Assembly (NCBI GenBank): GCA_002269645.1
Contig: NIVC01001044.1
Span: 101,052-155,645, forward strand
DNA from: Macrostomum lignano
Lineage: Eukaryota
DNA length: 54,594 nucleotides
Direction of reading: 5' to 3'
The translations under genes were made by a program, and so were the position numbers. Below, one piece after another: positions 1 to 10,302 of this stretch (position 1 is the first letter of the stretch; every line of letters begins with the position of its first letter). A model generated the notes under the pieces. That model did not search any database and had not been told where the DNA came from. It saw only the letters and a program-made list of their open reading frames with translations.

Positions 1-372
1 CATTGTCCGATAGTTATTCTACTAAGCAGATCTTCAATGCGTTCCTGGAAATGTTCTCAGGTCTTGCTTACGACTTAGTTTATATAGGTCAGAGTAGGGG
101 TTTTTTAAATACGTTTTAGATACGAGTAGCTAGTATCTACATTTGGACAATTATTTTACAGCTGCACGGATTTTCTCCAATCTGAGAACTCTCCTCAGAT
201 CTCAGCACCAAGTGACGAACGCAATTTACACCACGCACGCGTTCTTTGTTGTCTCAACTGTGTGGAAGATGCAATTGCGTCACAATGTCCCAGAGAGACT
301 GGAGAATTGTGGCTAAGAGTTGGATTAAAGCTAAAACATGTTGCTGGGCTGTGAATGGGTGGACTCAGACAC

Positions 373-625
373 TGTCGTGTCGTGGCTGCTAGCCAAACTT
401 GAGCCGCAAATGGGCGAGAGGTTGTTATTTATTGTAGTTGGCATTGCACATAGATGTACATGCAGATACGAGTAAAGCATCAGCTAATAGATTAGACGGT
501 TAGGCATAAGCGTACATTGACAGACAGAGCAGGCGGGGAGAGAGCAAGCAGTCCTAAACTCAGCGCCAATAACAATTGGGGTGCAGCCCCACACTGCGCA
601 CTTCAAGTCAAGTCACGATACAACA
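373..625 (-). repeat. 3' LTR (253 bp)
   Basis: Near-identical to 4497-4750. Termini TGTCGTGTCGTG and CACGATACAACA form a 10/12 imperfect inverted repeat. The PPT lies immediately inside at 626-638. Confidence 0.95.
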
Positions 626-3600
626 TCCCCTCATCACCAACGAGGAGACAGTCGGTCTGGGGCGACCCTTTGGTCGACCTGCAGCTTCGTCGGGGCTCCG
701 GTGTAGCTTCAGCGGCCTGCTGCGGTGGTGCCGCTGCGTCTGGCCGCTGGCTATCAGGTTCCGGCCGCCTTCGTCAGGGTTCCGGCCGCCTTCGTCAGGG
801 TTCCGGTCGCCGTCGTCAGGGCTCCGGCCGGCATCGTCAGGGTCCCGGCCGCTGTCGTCAGTGTTGTCCGTAACTTCCGCCCGGCTTGGACTCGGACGCA
901 AGCGCAGCTGATCCCGGTGTGCCAGCACAGGCCTGTCATCCTTGTCCCGGGTGACCACGGCCGTGTTGTGGCCGGCCTGTACCACAAAGCGGACGGTCTC
1001 AGCCGGCCCCCCTGGCCGCGACTGGTAGACGAGCGGCGCATCGGTGTCGAATTGGAGGGTCAGCGGACTTCGCAGCTGTCGCCCCATAAGCGCAGATGGA
1101 CTGCCACGCCCGTCGCCCCGCGGAGTGGCCCGGTAGTTAAGCAGCAGCTTGGCGAGGTACGCGTCGAACCGGCCCTGGTGCACGGCGAAGGCCCGCAGCC
1201 CCTTCTTGACGGTCTGGACCATGCGCTCGGCGCACCCGTTTGACTGCGGATGATACGGCGGCGAGTGCATCGGCGAGCAGCCGATCTTCTTGAGCCACTC
1301 GTGCAGCTGCTGGTCACGGAACTCCGGAGCATTGTCCGCCACTAAGGTATGCGGCACACCCAGGCGGGAGAAAATCAGGCGGAGTACCTTGATGACCGTC
1401 GTCGCGCTCTTGTCGGCAACAGGCACCGCTTCCGGCCAGCCGGAGAAGGCGTCCACCACAATGAGCAGCAGGCCGAAGCCGGGAACGTGAGCATGGTCCA
1501 TGTGCACGCGTCTCCAGGGACCATCTTCAGCCGGCCAGGTGTGGCACGTTCTGGCAGGCATTGGACGGATCTCCGCGCATCGCTGGCATCGCTTGACGAA
1601 GTTTTCGACGTCCTCGCAGTGACCCGGCCACCAGGCTTCCAGCTTGAGTCGATTTCTTGTCGCTAGGGCACCGCCGTGCGAGTCGCCGTGAGCCGCTCGC
1701 AGCACGTCTTGCCGCAGCCGGCTAGGCGGGACCACCAGGTCTCTCAGGCAGACGACGCCATTCTCCACTGAGAGCTGCTGGCGGACGGCTTTATACGGTC
1801 GCTCCGCTGCCGAGCAGTTGTTCCACGCATTGCTGCGGATCCTGCGCTTGACGCTGGCGAGCACCGGGTCATTGTCAGTGGCGTCTCTGATCTGCTCCAG
1901 CTTGAGCACCTCCGTCTCTGTCCAGTGAACGAAGCTTTCCTGGCAGTCGTCTTCATCGCCTTCCTCCTTGAATTCAATTCGAGACAGCGCGTCGACATGC
2001 GGGATGCAGCTGCCCTTGATGTACGAGATTTCGTAGTCGAAGGCCGACAGCTGCAACGCCCAGCGCATGATCCTAGCCGATGTGACCTTTGGAAGCTCCC
2101 GAGACGGACTAAAAATGAACTCCAATGGTTGATGATCGCACTGGAGCACAAACTTGCTGCCGAGAAGAAAGTGTCTGGCTCTCTGAGTGGCCCACACCAC
2201 AGCCAGGGCCTCTCGCTCGATATTCGAGTAATTTCTCTCAGCCGGTGTCAGCCGTCTTGACAGGTACATCACTGGGTGCTCGTCCTGAGAGAGGATTGCT
2301 GCTATGGCCTTTTCGCTGGCGTCAGTAGTCAGAGTTGTGCGCTTTCTTGCGTCGAAGATTCGGACCACTGGGGAAGCTGCAAGCGCCTGCTTGAGCTCGT
2401 CAAACGCTTTCTGCTGCCGAGGTCCCCAATGGAACGCGACTTTCTTGCTCCGCAGCTCGGTCAGCGGCTCGGTCTTCTCCGAGTAGGACTTGATGTAGCG
2501 CGAGTAGTACACCGTCATTCCTAGAAACGATTCGAGTTCCTTTTTGCTCGCCGGGGTGCTCACGCCGAGGATTTTCTCCACCAGCTTCCGATCCGGGCGC
2601 ACACCGTCAGCCGCGATGCGGTAGCCAAGGAAACTGATTTCCGTGCTGCGGAAAACGCACTTTTTTTCGTTGATTGACATGCCGGCATCAGAAAGCGCTC
2701 TCAGCAGGTCCCGGACTTTGCTGTCCAATTCGTCCGCTGTGGTGGCGCCAACGCACATGTCGTCTTGGTAGATCACCAGGTTGCTGACCGCACCGCCGAC
2801 CGTTGCCTCCATGGCAGCCTGGAACTGCGCACTGGCCGTCTTCACCCCGTATGGCATGCGCGTCCATCTGAGCAGGCCTAGGGGCGTGTTGATGGTGAGT
2901 ATTTCTCTGGAGGCCTCGTCTAGCTCAATCTGGTTGTAGGCATTTGTTAAGTCTACAATTGCGAAGTGCTTCATACCTGCCAGGGCACTGAAGGCTTGCT
3001 CGATGTTGGGCAGTGGGTAGGCGTCAGAGCAGATCTTCGGGTTCACCCCGACCTTGTAGTCGGAGCAGATTCTCAGGTCTCCGTCGGCCTTGCGCACCAC
3101 CACAATGGGCGATGCCCAACTGCTGCCGCCTGGCGGCACGGGCTCGAGGATCCCGGCGTCGATCATCGTCCGCAGCTTAGCCACCACCAGCGGCTTGAGA
3201 TGAATCGGGAGCGGCCGGGCATCGAAGAAGCTGGGCTGAGCGTTCTCCCTGAGCAGGACCCGAGCACGGAAACCTTTGAGCTTGCCTAGCGGTTTGCTGC
3301 TGCGCTCCACTTGATTGACAGTCGCTGTGTCCAGCTTGAAGTCCAGCACGTCTGTTCCGATGAGGCCGTGCTCCTTTGTGCATTCGGTGACCGTCACGTC
3401 CGCACAGGCGATTTGTCTCCCGACTTCGATGAGCGCCGTGAAGCATCCTCTAGTTCTGATGACCGTTCCGTCAAATTGTCGCAGTCTCAGCTTGGACTTT
3501 CGTAGCTTGGGCTCACCGAGGCTCCTCCAGAAGTTTATCGGAATGATGCTCGCACCGGATCCAGAGTCGAGCTGCATTTTGAACGGCTTGCCTTCAATGA

Positions 3601-4496
3601 GCACAGTTTTTATGCTGCCGCTTCCGCTCTCGTTGCCGACGATGGTGTAGATGCCTGCCTGCTCACACTCACTCGTGTCGATTTCATGGGCAGGTGCAAC
3701 CGACTTGGACTTGGCGCTGCTCCTGCAGACTGCAGCAAAGTGGTTCCTGCGGTGGCACTTGTTACAGGTCTTCCCGAATGCAGGGCATTTGCCTGGCTGG
3801 TGCTGCAGACCACACGACCTGCACTGAGCACCGCTATTGCGGTTCCTGTCGATGCTGGCAACTGGTGTCGAACTCTCAGCCGTCTCGGAGCTTCTGCTAG
3901 GCTCTCGGGCTTCAGCAGATCGGTCGCTTGAGCTGTAGCTCTGGATGAGCTCTAACTGCTGGATGTACTGCAGACACGTGTCCAGAGTCACTGGATTCTC
4001 AGAGCTCTGAATGTGCTCAAGTGTTTTAGTCCGCTGGCTGTGGTCGCACAAGCCGCTGATCAGCAGTGTTTGGATCAAGTCATCCTCGGCTGACGGTTTG
4101 CAGTCTTTTTCGTTGAGCTTGTCAAACTCACAGTGCTTTGCCGCGTCTCTCAAGCGCTCCGCGAACTGCTGGGCCGACTCTGTTGACAGCTGCCGCTGGG
4201 ACATGAACCTTGTGCGCTCTGCAATCACCAGTTTCTTTTTGGGCTGGAGTCGCCCGATGATCATTTTCTTGATGTCCTTGAAGGTCATATCCTCAATGTT
4301 TTTCGGCTTTGCCATGATAGAGACGGATCGGACTGCATTGATTCCTGCTCGAGCAAGGAAGAGGTCTGTCACCTGCTTCTCTTCGTTTGTATCTTGCAGT
4401 TTTTTTGTGCCTGCACAGTGCTTCAAAACTTTGCAGCCAGGCCTCAGCCATGGCTGGATCATTGAGAGGTAATTCACTGGCTGCTTGCGACGCCAT
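608..4496 (-). CDS. gag-pol: Gag-Pol polyprotein (Gag with two zinc knuckles, protease, RT, RNase H, integrase); one frameshift near the N-terminus
   Basis: Zinc knuckles CRSCGLQHQPGKC (CX2CX3HX4C) and CNKCHRRNHFAAVC (CX2CX4HX4C); protease LDSGSGASII; RT YQDD; RNase H TDAS; integrase HHCC and D-D-E (VVDAFS, ADNAPEF, GCAERMV). The natural N-terminus MASQAASELPLNDPAMAEAWLQSFEALCRHKK starts at ATG 4496 and joins the 1289-aa frame if one A is removed from the A7 run at 4400-4406. Confidence 0.95.
757..862 (+). repeat. 21-bp coding tandem repeat (about 5 copies) in the integrase C-terminal tail
   Basis: Unit CCGCCTTCGTCAGGGTTCCGG, encoding GRNPDEG-like heptads on the minus strand. Confidence 0.85.
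4481..4495 (-). other. Primer binding site, probably tRNA-Ser
   Basis: Minus strand TGGCGTCGCAAGCAG is complementary to a tRNA 3' end ...CUGC-UUGCGAC-G-CCA. A G discriminator and CUGC T-stem end fit eukaryotic tRNA-Ser. The tRNA identity is inferred. Confidence 0.65.
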
Positions 4497-4750
4497 TGTC
4501 GTGTCGTGGCTGGCTAGCCAAACTTGAGCCGCAAATGGGCGAGAGGTTGTTATTTATTGTAGTTGGCATTGCACATAGATGTACATGCAGATACGAGTAA
4601 AGCATCAGCTAATAGATTAGACGGTTAGGCATAAGCGTACATTGACAGACAGAGCAGGCGGGGAGAGAGCAAGCAGTCCTAAACTCAGCGCCAATAACAA
4701 TTGGGGTGCAGCCCCACACTGCGCACTTCAAGTCAAGTCACGATACAACA
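4497..4750 (-). repeat. 5' LTR (254 bp)
   Basis: Near-identical to 373-625. The PBS is adjacent at about 4481-4495. Confidence 0.95.
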
Positions 4751-6099
4751 GAGATCTTTTCTCAGATTTTCGGTAAGAGTGACGCGATTCAAACCCACGG
4801 TCTTCACGCTACAATCGTGGTGAAAACGGAGAGATTAAAAGTGAACCAATAGGGCTTATTCATGGAGTAAAAGAAAGGCCTATGCACCATGGACATTGGA
4901 TTTAAGCTGCTACTCAATTTTCTATTCTGTGCACACGTGATGGCTCCTGGCCACATGACAGGCTGTGGGAGATGGCGCGCTGCGGACATGCTGGAAGTGT
5001 TCATGTTAACGCGGCCTGTCGCTTGCCAATATGGTCGATTGTGCAGTGCAAACTGGAGACTGCAGAGACAGTGTGGAGACAGGCAGCATCTGGAATTCGG
5101 TGCTGGATCGGCCGTTTTTTTCGATAAATTTGTTTAGTTTCAGCCCGTGTTGGGCCCGTGAGGACAAACAAGCCGGAGAAAGAAACCTAAGTTGGTCGTG
5201 TCGCCAGTGCATTCAGTATGCTCCAGAGAACGCATAGCGCTGAATGAGGTTTGGCCATAGACAAATTCGATTAAAAAGCATCTGCGCCAGAAAGATCCGA
5301 CTTCTTCAGAGCCAGATTTGTTCCAGAGGATATCAGGCATATTGTTTTTAATTACATAGCACTGCAAAGAGCTCTACTAAACTATGCTTTTCTCAATTAG
5401 CTTAGGATTGCAACAGGTATCAGCATGAAATTCCCTTTTTATTCTTACAGTGCACACCTCTAATGCTTTTGCTTGCTGTTGCTTGTTGTGCACGCTACTT
5501 TGATTCAGTATCCATTGCACGCTGCGTTTTGCAAGATGTTTGTTATACTGAACCATATTGGCTACTGAACTTTTGGTCACTGAACTTAGTGAACTATTGG
5601 CTACTTGAGCATGTCTCATTAGTAAAATGCTGAAAACGCGATGCTTTCACAACGCTTTGCAAGATGCTGGATGAAATACTGGTTTTTACGAGCGTATTGA
5701 ATAACAACTAAAATCAAGCAAAAAAGTGTAAGCAATGGCCGGCCAAATAAAGAGAGAAATTTCAGACAGTGAACCATATCGGTAAGGATAACTATTGAAG
5801 CTGTCACGCACCTGCAGATAAAAAATGAAAGAGCAAATAAAACATGACAAGAGAAGTTTATATTTTTACAAATATTTACCAATTAGTACAAGTATCATAA
5901 GTTGACAATGAAAAATCTCAGGTGAGTTGAAATATTAGGTTAAAAAGGAGACACACTGAAGCTGGTGATTTTACGCTCGCATGTAATTACTGTAATAATC
6001 ACGTAATAATCATGTAACAATCACGTGCATTATTCGCAAAAAACCATAAAGCAATACGATTTCACGGCTTCATTCGTTAGTCAAAATCTGAAGTAAAAT

Positions 6100-6240
6100 T
6101 TTTTTGAATTTTGAATTTGAATTAGAATTTTGAATTTTGAATTTGAATTTTGAATTTTGAATTTTGAATTTGAATTTTGAATTTTGAATTTTGAATTTGA
6201 ATTTGAATTTTGAATTTTGAATTTGAATTTTGAATTTGAA
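6100..6240. repeat. AT-rich (TTTGAA/TTTTGAA)n microsatellite
   Basis: About 20 mixed 6/7-bp units, downstream of the 6397-7191 ORF. Confidence 0.9.
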
Positions 6241-6396
6241 GTAATTGAAAATTATTTCAGTCAACGAGTCCAGAATAAGAAGCCGATCAGCTAGCTACTT
6301 TCCCAGGTTTTTTCTCATCTCCTCCATCTCCCTGCGCATGTGTTCCATTTCTTCCTGCATTTTAGCAGCCTCCTGCTGAGCTTGGAGAGCCTGTTG

Positions 6397-7191
6397 CTAA
6401 GACTCAGCAATTTTCTCGTATAGCAGGAGAAAAGCTCGGATAACCTGAGTTACTTCTTCTGTAAGCTGGACAGGACGGCTCCCGACATTTTTCGCAACAC
6501 GGTTGATTTTTCGAAAAGCGTCGTCCAGCAGTTCTCGAGCATTCTCGAACGGTAGAGAAATTTTATCCAGCTCATCTGCCCTCTCATACCGTTCGTTGTT
6601 CGCCTTTACCGAGTCCTGGAAGCTGCTACCTAGAGTGATGAGGCCCAGTGTGGCAATGCCGGCCGTCCATTGGAGAAGACTTTCCGACTGGGCCCCCGAT
6701 CTCGCGCTGGCCGCCTCTTGTTTAACTTTCTGTTCCTCCCAAGTTGCCTCATCCTTCACTCTCTCCGACACTCTCTGCAACTCATTTACGCGCTCCACAA
6801 ATTCACCCAATTCACGTCCAAATCCTTCAAAGTTTTCGACGAGCTTGGTCAATGTGTCCTTCATGCTTTCGGAATTTTCAGTTGTCAGAGTTCCCGAATT
6901 CGCAATGTTTTTCAGCCCTTCAAGACATTTTAAGTAATCCTTGTAAATGCCTGATACTTTAATAATCAACGATTCGGCAGTGCGAATGCAGTCCTTCAGA
7001 GTGCTTCTGAATTCAACAATTAATGGCAAATTCGAGTTGATAACTTCTGTATTAATATCTACAGAATAAAGATGTTCTTTTGGAATTATAAGTGCTACGC
7101 CAATCTTTCGTATCTTCTCACGTGCAAGAAATAAAGCTTTTCCAAGAATCTCCAAATCCTTGCTCAGTGACGGACTCGCTGGAGTGGCCAT
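6397..7191 (-). CDS. All-helical coiled-coil protein with one central hydrophobic hairpin; candidate ClyA/HBL-like alpha-pore-forming or ApoL-like protein
   Basis: Uninterrupted ORF in non-repetitive sequence. The first ATG (7191) sits just after a good acceptor (ctttgccctttag, 7196), and a possible upstream donor lies at 7324. Amphipathic heptads flank the hydrophobic segment LLQWTAGIATLGLITLG. The family assignment is by topology only. Confidence 0.7.
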   Translation of the reverse strand: MATPASPSLSKDLEILGKALFLAREKIRKIGVALIIPKEHLYSVDINTEVINSNLPLIVEFRSTLKDCIRTAESLIIKVSGIYKDYLKCLEGLKNIANSGTLTTENSESMKDTLTKLVENFEGFGRELGEFVERVNELQRVSERVKDEATWEEQKVKQEAASARSGAQSESLLQWTAGIATLGLITLGSSFQDSVKANNERYERADELDKISLPFENARELLDDAFRKINRVAKNVGSRPVQLTEEVTQVIRAFLLLYEKIAES

Positions 7192-7760
7192 TTGCCTAAA
7201 GGGCAAAGTCAAATCATGTCAAAGAAGATGGTAAAGAAGGTAATCAATGAGAGAAGCAGGTAAAAGCGCCGTTTATCAGTTTAGAGAGATGCCTATGATA
7301 ATAGCAAGTTTGTCATACTCGTACCTGGAATTGAGACGCTCTCGTGGCTGTTCTGCACTCGCAACTTTATAGGTGCTTAGATTTCTTTGGTATTATATTG
7401 CTCAACCATTTTTATCTATGAATCTTATGCTTATCCGAAGTAGAAGTTCCCTTTCTCTTTCTCCTATTCGGTCTTGCAGTTCTCCATCGTGCCTGTACGA
7501 GTATTCGCACATATAGAGGGTGACAAAATTTTGCAGTACGAGTACACTTAATGTGCTCGGTTGATGCACAGTGGAAAAAAAAGAAGTTTATATAAACCGT
7601 ACTCATTCAGTTGTGCATTTTTACATTGATGCTGCAAGCGGGACAATCCAGTGCCTACCTGCCTTCTGGCCCTGTCTTTCATTCACATTCCACTCTAATA
7701 AAAAATAATAGAAAAACGAATGGAAAATAAGAATGTTTCTGCTGTGTCACTGACTCACTA

Positions 7761-8800
7761 CCATATCTCCCGCGTTCCCTAGTTAGTGGTACCTAAGCCA
7801 CAATGTCTCCAGTGTTCCCAGGCTAGTGGTACCTATGCTACAATATCTCCAGTGTTCCCATGCTAGTGGTACCTAAGCCACAATGTCTCCACTGTTCCCA
7901 GGCTAGTGGTACCTAAGCCACAATGTCTCCACTGTTCCCAGGCTAGTGGTACCTAAGCCACAATGTCTCCAGTGTTCCCATGCTAGTGGTACCTAAGCCA
8001 CAATGTCTCCACTGTTCCCAGGCTAGTGGTACCTAAGCCACAATGTCTCCACTGTTCCCAGGCTAGTGGTACCTAAGCCACAATGTCTCCAGTGTTCCCA
8101 TGCTAGTGGTACCTAAGCCACAATGTCTCCACTGTTCCCAGGCTAGTGGTACCTAAGCCACAATGTCTCCACTGTTCCCATGCTAGTGGTACCTAAGCCA
8201 CAATGTCTCCAGTGTTCCCATGCTAGTGGTACCTAAGCCACAATGTCTCCAGTGTTCCCAGGCTAGTGGTACCTAAGCCACAATGTCTCCACTGTTCTCA
8301 GGCTAGTGGCACCTAAGCCACAATATCTCCACTGTTCTCAGGCTAGTGGCACCTAAGCCACAATATCTCCACTGTTCCCAGGCTAGTGGCACCTAAGCCA
8401 CAATATCTCCACTGTTCTCAGGCTAGTGGCACCTAAGCCACAATATCTCCACTGTTCCCAGGCTAGTGGCACCTAAGCCACAATATCTCCACTGTTTCCA
8501 GGCTAGTGGTACCTAAGCCACAATATCTCCACTGTTCCCAGGCTAGTGGCACCTAAGCCACAATATCTCCACTGTTCCCAGGCTAGTGGCACCTAGGCCA
8601 CAATATCTCCACTGTTCTCAGGCTAGTGGCACCTAAGCCACAATATCTCCACTGTTCCCAGGCTAGTGGCACCTAAGCCACAATATCTCCACTGTTCTCA
8701 GGCTAGTGGCACCTAAGCCACAATATCTCCACTGTTCCCAGGCTAGTGGCACCTAAGCCACAATATCTCCACTGTTCCCAGGCTAGTGGCACCTAAGCCA
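7761..8800. repeat. 40-bp minisatellite, about 26 copies
   Basis: Unit GCTAGTGG(T/C)ACCTAAGCCACAAT(G/A)TCTCCACTGTTCCCAG. Confidence 0.97.
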
Positions 8801-9485
8801 GGCTTTAAACAGAGTCCGAAAATAACTTAGAAAAGTGGAGAGTCCCTCTTTAGTTAGGAATTCTCAGCATGAAAAAATACAGAACACAGGCTTTGTGGGA
8901 ACAGAGAACTTCTGCCGATGGGGATCTGGAGTGAAGCCTGGCTTAGCAGCCCTGCATGTCTGCTTTTTACCTCTTCTACCCTCTTCGTCCTGCTTGGGCA
9001 GTTGCCACAGCAACTAAACTCAACTAATAGAAAGGCAGATTCTGCTTGCTGCAATCGCAAGTGGGACCAATCTATCAACTAAACAGCTTTAATATGTTAT
9101 TTAAACTCTTACTAAACACCGTATAGCCTACGGGAACAATTGGGTTGACTTGACTATTGCGCTTCTTCTTGAAGAGTCCTGCCTGCGTTTACGATGCATC
9201 GGAATAATTTAACGTCACTACTATTCCACAAATTTTGTTGCACTTTTGTGCTCATTAGTTTCAGTCCGGAGTGAAAAAAGCTGGCAAAATATTCACGGTA
9301 AAGATGTTGAGTTGCTTTTTGAAGAAGCGCTACTCATCTCAAACTCACAGACTCATAAAGCATCATAGAGCCTAGTATGAATAGGAATGCTTGTAGCATT
9401 TCAATACCGCTCATTGCTCCAGTATAAAATTAGTGGTCACTTTGAGTCACGACACTCCAATATTGATTGAAGAATTCCGTGCATG

Positions 9486-9774
9486 GACAGCTGAAGTAGG
9501 AGGATGCAACACAACACTGAATAGGATTTAGCCATAGACAAATCAGACAGCTGAAGTAGGAGGATGCAACACAGCTCTGAATAGGATTTAGCCATAGACA
9601 AATCAGACAGCTGAAGTAGAAGGATGCAACACAGCGCTGAATGGGGTTTAGCCATAGACGAATCAGACAGCTGAAGTAGAAGGATGCAACACAGCATTCA
9701 GTAAGCTCCAGAGAACGATAGCGCTGAATTGAGTTTAGCCATAGACAACTTTCAGTCTTTCTACTTCAGCTGTC
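9486..9774. repeat. 60-bp tandem repeat (3.5 copies) followed by an inverted partial copy
   Basis: GACAGCTGAAGTAG starts at 9486, 9546, 9606 and 9666. Its reverse complement TCTTTCTACTTCAGCTGTC lies at 9756-9774. Confidence 0.9.
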
Positions 9775-10302
9775 CCTGCCTCCGTGTTCAGTTATTCTGT
9801 TCAAGCCTAATCTCTAATGAACACTGAGGTGAGGTGCGTAAAAGTGAAACGCAATTCAAATATTTGAAAAATCTGGATTGAAATTAAGGGGCTTCAAAAT
9901 TATTATAAAAATTCGATTTTATTTGCTCTCTCTAAATCTGAAGTCTTCAATTGCAAGATTTGAGAAACACTTTACTGAAAGTAAACTAAAACTCAAACGA
10001 GAAACAGAAGCTATTGTTCTTAACAACAAAAAAACTTTGGACACTGTATAATATCTAAACAGTTTTAAAAAGAGATACCATACGACTTTAAAAAATTTCA
10101 TCATTCTGGTAATTTGCATAAGATATTCATCTATATACTAAAAATGAACCTTATTGACCGAAATTTCTAATTGGGGTTTGGTGGATCATACTTTGAAATT
10201 GTGGACTTACAAGCTCTATTTATTAGTAGGACTACAAATTTTTGGCAGTAATTGCTAAGCTCTGATCCTAGCAATGATTTATGTAGATTGTTTATCCAAC
10301 GT

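Larger units (their letters stand above)
373..4750 (-). mobile_element. Full-length Ty3/Gypsy LTR retrotransposon (Mag-like clade), 4378 bp
   Basis: Direct repeats at 373-625 and 4497-4750 begin TGTCG, end CAACA and differ by one inserted G. On the minus strand a PBS (TGGCGTCGCAAGCAG) follows the 5' LTR and a PPT (GGTGATGAGGGGA) precedes the 3' LTR. A single gag-pol ORF has domain order PR-RT-RH-IN. Confidence 0.97.

Noticed and set aside
517-3931. Numerous plus-strand ORFs antisense to gag-pol
   Set aside because: They are shadow ORFs of GC-rich coding sequence with no independent motifs, and no env-like ORF is present.
4400-4406. Programmed ribosomal frameshift at the A7 run in gag
   Set aside because: The shift required is +1, only 32 codons into Gag, and would be needed to make Gag itself. 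An extra A in a homopolymer (mutation or sequencing error) is simpler.
7761-8800. CRISPR-like array (also considered for 10843-11230, 35755-36650 and 53075-53975)
   Set aside because: The units are contiguous tandem repeats with no unique spacers, there are no cas genes, and the context is eukaryotic.
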